Part shown: piece after piece, positions 54,974-64,000 of the stretch
Layout: the number at the start of each line of letters is the position of its first letter
Numbering within the stretch: the stretch's first letter is position 1
Source: Octopus vulgaris
Taxonomy: Eukaryota
Reading direction: 5' to 3'
Assembly (NCBI GenBank): GCA_951406725.2
Contig: OX597833.1
Location: forward strand, 4,836,001-4,900,000
DNA length: 64,000 nucleotides
Translations under genes and position numbers: made by a program
Notes under the pieces: generated by a model
What the model was told of the DNA's origin: nothing
The model's database searches: none
The model's input: the letters and a program-made list of their open reading frames with translations, nothing else

Positions 54974-57313
54974 TTCCTTTCTTTCTTTCTTTCTTTCTCC
55001 CCCCCCGTCTCTGTCGGCAAACTGAAGTCCTTTGTCTCTCGTAGTTATCGTTATATCTTTTCATTCTTTCGAGTTTGATAAAATAAGTACCAGTTGTGTA
55101 TTGGGGTCGGCTTAAACAACTAAACCCCATAAAATATCAAGCCTTCTGCCTATAGCAGAAAGGATTATGATATTCGTATAATATGGCGGCGAGCTGGCAG
55201 AACCTTTGGCACGCCGAGCAAAATGCTTAACATTGTTTCGTCCGACTTTACGTTCTGAGTTCAAATTCTGCCGTGGCTCATTTTACCTTTTATCATTTTG
55301 GGTCGAAAATTAAGTACCGATCAGCTTCCCCTTTTCCTCAAAAATTATTGGCCATGTGCCAAAATTCGAAACCATTTTTATATCCGTGTAACGCCGGACA
55401 AAATGCTTAGCGGCATTTTATTCGACGCTCTAATGATCCCGCCACTTCAACACCCCAAAGAAAAGGGCTTCTAATGTAGGTAAAAGATGAGAAATTTGTG
55501 GGGAGAGGTCCGTCTTTAAAATTCGGTATTACGTTTTACATTTACATTTAAAAGCTATCTTTTGCATGTTGTTTATATTTTGAACTTAATTTTTTTGTGT
55601 CATTCAAACTTCTTGGGATGATTAAATTTGTTTATCAGTTGTTTGATTTTTGAAGAGGAATGAATCTTAATTAATTTTCGTTCTCTTTGTTTTCTTTGTA
55701 ACTTTCTCGAGGAGGGACCGGGTTGTCATTTAGAAGAAATTGTTCCTTCTCAACCATTCTCCTTGTTCTATGTCGAGCTTTCTTCGACTGTGATTTTTCC
55801 ATTTTTTCCTTTCATATTTTCACAGTTTTTCTAAGTCCCGTAAAAAAAAAAAACTCGGAAGATTGGGCTTCCAACAAATGGCTTTTCTCGATACCCTTAA
55901 ATCCTTTCGGGGTCGATTAAATAAGTACCAGTTACGCACTAGGGTCGATGTAATCAACTTAATCCGTTTGTCTGTCCTTGTTTGTCCTCTCTGTGTTTAG
56001 CCCCTTGTGGGCAGTAAAGAAATAGGTATTTCGCCCGTCTTTACGTTCTGAGTTCAAACTTCACCGAGGTCGACTTTGCCTTTCATCCTTTCGGGGTCGA
56101 TGAATTAAATACCAGCTGCATACTGGGGTCGGTCTTTGTATACCTCGCTATGATGCGAGTAACGTATACTGTGGCGCCAACCAGTAATGAAGGATGCGAC
56201 ACACCAACTCAGTTTGTCTCCTCGTCTGATTCTCGGTCTTAATCATCAGACACATACTTCCCTATACTTTGCCGCATTTCGGTCAGAGTTCCAACTCATA
56301 TTTCGAGGGTTTATGAAAGGACTGTCGCTTGTTTGAATAACAGCAGTTATATTACCTTCCTTATCACCCTTTCCTGAATAAATACCTCAAGAAAAGAAAC
56401 ATCTTATTTCTCGAAGTATCTCGTTAATACTTTCTCTTTTTCCTTGAACTGTCTCATGTCGAAGAGCTCTTTGTGACCCACAATGCTTGCAAAAGATCTT
56501 ATATTATTGCTGTTTGTATTGTTTAAACTTTTTTTCATTCAAAGGAATATTTTCAATATCTTCTTTTCGTATGTTTTCTATTGTGTAACTGTTTATGCTT
56601 GAAGCTTTGTCTGTTTCATATTTCATTGTCTGTTTTTGTTTTGAAGTCTGTTTTCATATTTGAGAATAATTTTCGATAGTTGGTTTGGTGTTGTGTGGAT
56701 CTGTAGTTTGCGGCTACTACTAATACCATTACCATGACTGGTAAGCTCTGTTTCCTGTTACTTCAACCGCCATTTTGAACCGTCAATAACAATAAAAATG
56801 ACTACCGTACAAAAATATATAACACGATTAAAACAGTGTTTTAGCAAACATTTTTCTCATCTGATGATTCTGGGATAGATATCTAACTATTCCGGAGATA
56901 TTTAAACAATAAATATTTAAATATTCCTGGTAAAACTAGCCCGTCCCAACTCCCACATTGAACTTTTTAACGATACAGCCTTACCAGCGTCTAAAATTAC
57001 GAACATGCTTTTCAAGACATTCAAATATTAAATATGGGATTTCTGAAGAGCCTAAATTATATTTTGAATACTAGGTGGCGCTACGAGATATCCTTTGTGA
57101 TGCACTACTGCACCGTTTCAGAGCCATGGCACAGCGATTTCCTTTTTAGTTCTTAGTGAACTCGTAATCTTTACAACCGTGAAGATGATAGTCACAGTAG
57201 AGTGTTCAGTTTAAGCCCTCACCATTTCTTACCTCTAGGATACGGCAGAGAGCTGCAAAGCGAGAAAATATAGGCTTCACAAAATTTCAATTCAATTAAT
57301 TCATTAAGAAAAG

Positions 57314-57591
57314 TACCGTAAATTCCGGACCAAAAGCCGCTCCTTTTTTTCTCCACAGTTTGAACATTGCGGCCAATACAATGGTGCGGCTAATGCATAT
57401 TTTTTTTTGTCACGCCGCGGAAAACATTTTGCCTCGAAACAGTGGACCAATCAAATTGATGAATAGGTCACAGAGGCCCAATGAAATTGTGCGATAAGTC
57501 AACAGCACTTTCACAATTCAGTTACCGGTATTGTAAAGCTGCCATTTGTATTCACCCTCATCAACATGGAAAACACTCGGAATTTACGGTA
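57314..57591. mobile_element. MITE with TA-CCGTAAATTCCG...CGGAATTTACGG-TA termini (Tc1/mariner/pogo superfamily)
   Basis: Perfect 12-bp TIR plus TA target duplication. Confidence 0.8.
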
Positions 57592-58613
57592 TGAACATCC
57601 CAACTCTTCATTTTATCTTATCATAGAATTTAGGAAATTCTTGCACACATTCTACATTGAAAATATGCAAGAGTATTCACCTCTAAGCTGTGTATGAGTG
57701 AGTGTGAGCGAGAGAGAAGGAGAGAGAGAGAGAGAGGAAGAAACAGAGGGGGACAGAAAGAAGAAGAGAAAGAGATGGGAGAAAGAAAGGGAGGAAGAGA
57801 GAGGGAGAGAGGGAGAGAGAGAAGGAGAGCTAGCATCCCACGCTAATATCATATATAATCTCTTCTACCTTTCGGCAGATATCGTTTGCCTTCAAACCTA
57901 TCGTCATTACGATACATACTCTATCACATTCCAGACAAACAAAGGCATACAGTGTTACCTCTGGTCGTATTATTTCAACATCAAACTTCATCTCTTAGTT
58001 AAGCTATGGCTGTCAAAGGTTGTTATGTCGTTCTTTTCTCGGTGAAAAGGACAGCAACTCGTGTCATCATGACCGACGTGCTTACCGTGCTTATTCCTCC
58101 TACCACGCAGACAAGAACAAGAAACTATTTGACATAAAGGAGGAGAGTATTTTGTTGCACCGTAGAGAATATTGTGCACGATGCGTGGTTGTGTTGTAAC
58201 AAGTTTGCTTCCAAACCACATGTTTCCAGGTTCAGTCCCAAATGCGTGGCATCTTGGGAAAGATGTCTTCTACTAAAGACTCGGACTGAACAAAGCTTTG
58301 TGATTGGATCTGGTAGACGGAAATTGAAAAGAACCCGTCATATAGACCATTAGCTCCTACACGCATTTTTTCTCTCCTTTTTTTTCTCTCCTTTTTTCTC
58401 TCCTTTTTTCTCTCCTTGTTTCTCTCCTTGTTTCTTTTCTGTGTATCTTTCTGTCGAAGAGCGTAGGCTCGAAATGTAAAAGACTTGTTCCATTTCTATT
58501 CCTGAGCGCCATACTAATACATTTGTTTGTTTGTACTCCACCTGTCTTCGTCTTTTGTTTATTTTCGTAAACTTTCCCTTCATATATATATATATACATA
58601 CATATGCATATAC

Positions 58614-58660
<47 letters not shown>

Positions 58661-60147
58661 TGTATGTATGTATATATACGTATAAGAAGGGAGACCACTA
58701 AGTGGACATCCAATATGCTTGAAATAGATCACCTACGATCTAACCACAAAGGAAAAGAATGTTCTCTAGAAAAATTCATGAATGCACATATGTATGTGTG
58801 TGTATGTGTTTGTGCCTGTGTTTGTTCACCACCACCGCAAACGACACCAATAGAGTAAGTATCGAGCTTTAAAATAATTATTCAAGGCGGTGCCCCAGCA
58901 TGGCCGTCGTCAAATGACTAAAACGAGTAAAAGAAAGGTACAAGAAAAGAATATACGTTGTACTGTTATTATAGATAAAATATTCTTTTCTACTCTAGGT
59001 ACAAGGCCTGAAATTTTTGGGAAAGAAGGCCAGTCGATTAGATTGACCCCAGTATGCAGCTGGTACTTAATTCATCGACCCCGAAAGGATGAAAGGCAAA
59101 GTCGACCTCGGTGGAGTTTGAACTCAGAACGTAAAGACGGACGAAATACCTATTTCTTTACTACCCACAGATAGGACAAACAAGGACAGACAAACGGATT
59201 AAGTCGATTACATCGGCCCCAGTGCGTAACTGGTACTTATTTAATCGACCCCTAAAGGATGAAAGGCAAAGTCGACCTAAGCGGGATTTGAACTCAGAAC
59301 CTAGCGGCAGACGAAATACCTATTTCTTTACTACCCACAAGGGGCTAAACACAGATAGGACAAACAAGGACAGACATAGGTATTAAGTCGATTATATCGA
59401 CCCCAGTGTGTAACTGGTACTTATTTAATCGACCCCTAAAGGATGAAAGGCAAAGACGACCTCGGCGGAATTTGAACTCAGAACATAGCGGTAGACGAAA
59501 TACCGCTAAGCATTTCGCCCGGCGTGCTAGCGTCTCTGCCAGCTTCCCGCTCTGAAGTCTTCTACAATGAAATTACATTGGACTTCGGTTCATCATCTGT
59601 CATCCTTCCGTTCGTTGATAATACAATATCCTATTCTTATTCTAATCCCGACAAAGATTTATTTGAGAAAGTGTTAAAAATATGTTCTGTACCTGGTTTA
59701 AATATTTTACTCCTAAGACATCTCACAACTTCCACTAAATACCAATTACCCAAGAGCGCCCCCTTGTGAGCTCACCACACCTACAAGGGCGCACTACTGC
59801 TCATGGTAAGAATTACAATTATAGAGAATGTTTTGCACACAATATGTGTTGTGTTGTTTTGGGTGAAGATATCCTTGAAATGTGTTCTACACAATATTCT
59901 ACACATAACGTATTGTGTTGTACGAAAATACAAAATTATCCAAAACACAATCATTCACAATATTTATGTGTTTACATAAGACTCTTACAGTTATCTTTAT
60001 TCAAAAAATATCATATATACGATGTGTCCAACCGAAATCTCTCTCTCTCCCTCTCTCTCTCTCTCTCTCCCTCTTTCTCTATCCGTCTATCTAACCGTCT
60101 ATGTATGTATGTATGTATGTATGTATGTATGTATGTATGTATGTATG

Positions 60148-60198
<51 letters not shown>

Positions 60199-60220
60199 GC
60201 CTGCATGTAAATATACATAT

Positions 60221-60280
<60 letters not shown>

Positions 60281-60347
60281 TTGCTCTCTTAACTGATCGT
60301 GTGTTATACTAATTTTTGCAGGCTTATCACGCAGTATATATATATAC

Positions 60348-60390
<43 letters not shown>

Positions 60391-60410
60391 CACACACACA
60401 CACATATATA

Positions 60411-60462
<52 letters not shown>

Positions 60463-60834
60463 CACACATACACACATACATACATACATACATACATACA
60501 TACATACATACATACATACATACGTACATACACACATACATACATACGCATGCCCACCCACATACACATGCGAACACATAAATATACGTCTACGTACATG
60601 CTTTAAAATATTCGTCTGCATATTTCGCTTCGTTCCAAAGAATATCTTTGTCCATTATCCCAGCCATTGTGGCGTTAACCCTTCCATATTCCTTCGATTT
60701 CTCATATCTGCTATTTCCATAGCATATTTCTTTAATCTCGCCTATAGCAACACTTTCGTCTCAAGAGGATTAAGGAAGTCTATATACGCACAGAATTTTC
60801 CGTTATCGTAATGGCGGCGCTGCTGCTGCTGCTG

Positions 60835-60901
<67 letters not shown>

Positions 60902-60935
60902 CACCACCACCACCACCACCACCACCACCACCACC

Positions 60936-60985
<50 letters not shown>

Positions 60986-60996
60986 CACAACCACCT

Positions 60997-61037
<41 letters not shown>

Positions 61038-61143
61038 GACAATAATAAAAACAATAATAACGAAATATATGTATGTATGTATATATATATGCGTGTGTGT
61101 GTATGTGTGTGTCTGCGTGTGTATGTGTATGTATATATTTATG

Positions 61144-61192
<49 letters not shown>

Positions 61193-61484
61193 GTATGTGT
61201 GTGTGTATAGTTGAAATTTACAGAAAAAGCAAAAGACGAAGGCAGGTGTAGGAATAACAAGCCGGTGGATTAGTTTAACGCTTGGGAAAAATGGAAAAGT
61301 CTTTTACGTTTCGAGCTTATGCCCTTCGACGGAAAGGATTAAAGTGGAGAGAAAAAAACTGTAGAGTTCAGCGGTCTGACATGATGATTCATATGTGTGT
61401 GTGCGCGCTCGTGTGTACATACATACGGAAACACACATGTATATAAATATATATTCATACATGCATACATACATGCATACATAT

Positions 61485-61553
<69 letters not shown>

Positions 61554-61558
61554 CATGT

Positions 61559-61803
61559 AGAGGCACGTGGCTTAGTGGTTAGGGTGTCAGCATCATGATC
61601 GTAAGATTGTGGTTTCGATTCCTGGACCGGGTGACGCGTTGTGTTCTTGAGCAAAACACTTCATTTCATGTTGCTCCAGTTCACTCAGCTGGCAAAAATG
61701 AGTAACACTGCGATGGACTGGCGTCCGTCCAGGTGGGGAACACATACGCCATTGAAACCGGGAAACCGGGCCCATGAACCTGGCTAGGCTTTAAAAGGGC
61801 GCA
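61559..61803 (+). mobile_element. tRNA-derived SINE
   Basis: tggcttagtggttagg A box, ggtttcgattcc B box, followed by a non-tRNA body. Confidence 0.75.
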
Positions 61804-61855
61804 TTTATTTACATATTTTATATACATACATATACATATCTATACATATATATAT

Positions 61856-61889
<34 letters not shown>

Positions 61890-61908
61890 ACATACATACA
61901 TACATACA

Positions 61909-62002
<94 letters not shown>

Positions 62003-62442
62003 GTTAAATCAGTTCCGGGTAAAAAGACTTGTAGAATTCTATGCAAAGCTCACCCCCAGTTATTGGCTACCAGATGTCAATATACAGTGGAAATGCTCCT
62101 GTTACTGGATATAGACAAGTAATTCCATAGCACTCGGTGAATTCATGTAAATAGATAAATAATGATTATACAGTAACTCACCAATGTATTAAACGTGTAA
62201 ATATATGTCGAAACAATTGTTGTGATTTTAGATTAAGAAATTCTATCATTTATCAATATATTTGTGTGTGTGTATGTGTGTGTATATATATAAATATATG
62301 TGTGTGTATATGTGTATATATATAAATATATGTGTGTGTAAATGTGTGCGTATGTATGTAAATATATATTTATATATATAATATATATGTATATATTTGA
62401 GTATATATATATTTATGTATATATATATGTTAGTATATATAT

Positions 62443-62477
<35 letters not shown>

Positions 62478-62991
62478 CATGCTTGTATTTAAAAGTAGTA
62501 AACTAAGGAAACAAATTCCTTCAAAGGGTTGTGTAAAACATCCAATTCACTGGGACATCAGTTGAATACCACAGAAATAGGGATTTAATACAAATTACGA
62601 ACAATACAGTAAATTCGACTGACAATCCAATAATTCATTTATATCATAATATACCATAATATACTATGAATATAATATAATATAATATGATATAATATGA
62701 TATAATATAATATAATATAATATAACATAAAAATGATTAAAAGCCCAAAAAGCCAAACATTTATTTTCGACTTTTAGACATTATTTATAAACAATTCATA
62801 TCCGTTTATATAAGTCTCTTCAGATCTTTGGTTCAAAATGAACGAAATTCCGTGTGAAAGGATGACCAGAATTGTTTATAAATAAAATAATGTATATAAG
62901 TCGAAACAAATTGTTGGATTTCTTTGTTTTTTAATATATAAACATATATACATATACACACATATGTATACATGTTTATTTATATAAACAT

Positions 62992-63023
<32 letters not shown>

Positions 63024-63162
63024 ATATATCTATATCTATATCTATATATACACATGTATATATATATATATATATGTGTGTATATATATATATTTATATA
63101 TATACATATATATATATACATGTATATATATATATACATACATACATATATATATATACATA

Positions 63163-63258
<96 letters not shown>

Positions 63259-63703
63259 TGTATATAGGGTTCGTTTAGGATTCATATTATCCTTGATGTG
63301 GTAGACGTACAATCATAGACTCTCCATCCATGGCCACCAGAATTTTAAAACCAAAGGTGATGTATCCATGGCTACATTCTCTAAAGCTCGCACCTGAATT
63401 TATTTTCAATCATTAGAATATAATATGAGGGAGATTTAGCTCTTATATCTAACAGGCCATTGAGCTAGAGTGAGGATCCTCCGTTCTCTAGTGATATAAT
63501 TAGGTCGTTCCCTGAGGTGTACTCAAATTAGTATTAGGGTCCACTTTAGTGGTTTCGTGAAAGTTTGGTAAGCCTGCTTAATCGATAAAAGAACCATTTA
63601 CCGCGGGCTAACGTCTCCACCAATCAATATATTCGGTGTTTATCACATGATACACAAAAATGGCCGTTCTATAAACATGATTTCTACAAGTATGGCTTAG
63701 CAG

Positions 63704-63800
<97 letters not shown>

Positions 63801-64000
63801 TGTATGTATATATATAAATTTGTAAGTAGTTTTCACACACAGACACATACACACACACTTGCACATACACACATGTGTTTATGCACATAGCACATATATC
63901 CTGTATATATGTGGCTGCATGTCTGTCTTGGTCTCTGTGTAGACGGAAAGAGAGACAGGCAGACAGACATGAGGCTACATATACGCACAAACATACACAC

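Noticed and set aside
56130-56780. Minus-strand gene starting MAVEVTGNRAY
   Set aside because: Multiple stops and an A-rich strand bias; more likely a decayed retroelement ORF that I cannot classify.
57866-57990. Short open frame MKFDVEIIRPEV...CRK with a weak donor
   Set aside because: No homology recognised and no partner exon; compatible with chance.
61559-61635. tRNA gene (also 11304-11369, 1190-1266, 19046-19120)
   Set aside because: A/B boxes are present but acceptor stems are incomplete, and most continue into a repeated SINE body.
62175-62915. GTCGAAAC-AATT-GTT hammerhead-like 3' halves
   Set aside because: The upstream CUGANGA core is not recognisable; too degenerate to call.

Overview
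Eukaryotic, repeat-rich animal DNA. The SINE families and very high microsatellite density suggest an octopod cephalopod (inference). I can support one protein-coding gene: a 12-exon minus-strand NAD-dependent isocitrate dehydrogenase gamma subunit (IDH3G-like), ATG at 18833, stop at 22-24. All introns are GT-AG and phase-compatible, giving a 1182-nt CDS (393 aa). The rest is tRNA-derived SINEs, RTE and CR1 LINE remnants, Helitron and DNA-transposon MITEs, mini/microsatellites, and short elements lodged in (TA)n tracts. Many of the latter carry hammerhead-ribozyme motifs typical of Penelope-like retroelement pseudo-LTRs. The most striking signal is a family in which the three hammerhead strands are in a non-circularly permuted, pseudoknotted order. 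It has two full copies with compensatory stem changes (20991-21049 +, 26890-26950 -) and two 5'-truncated relatives. Nearly all long ORFs in the track are microsatellite or SINE artefacts. All structures were folded by eye and need computational and experimental confirmation.
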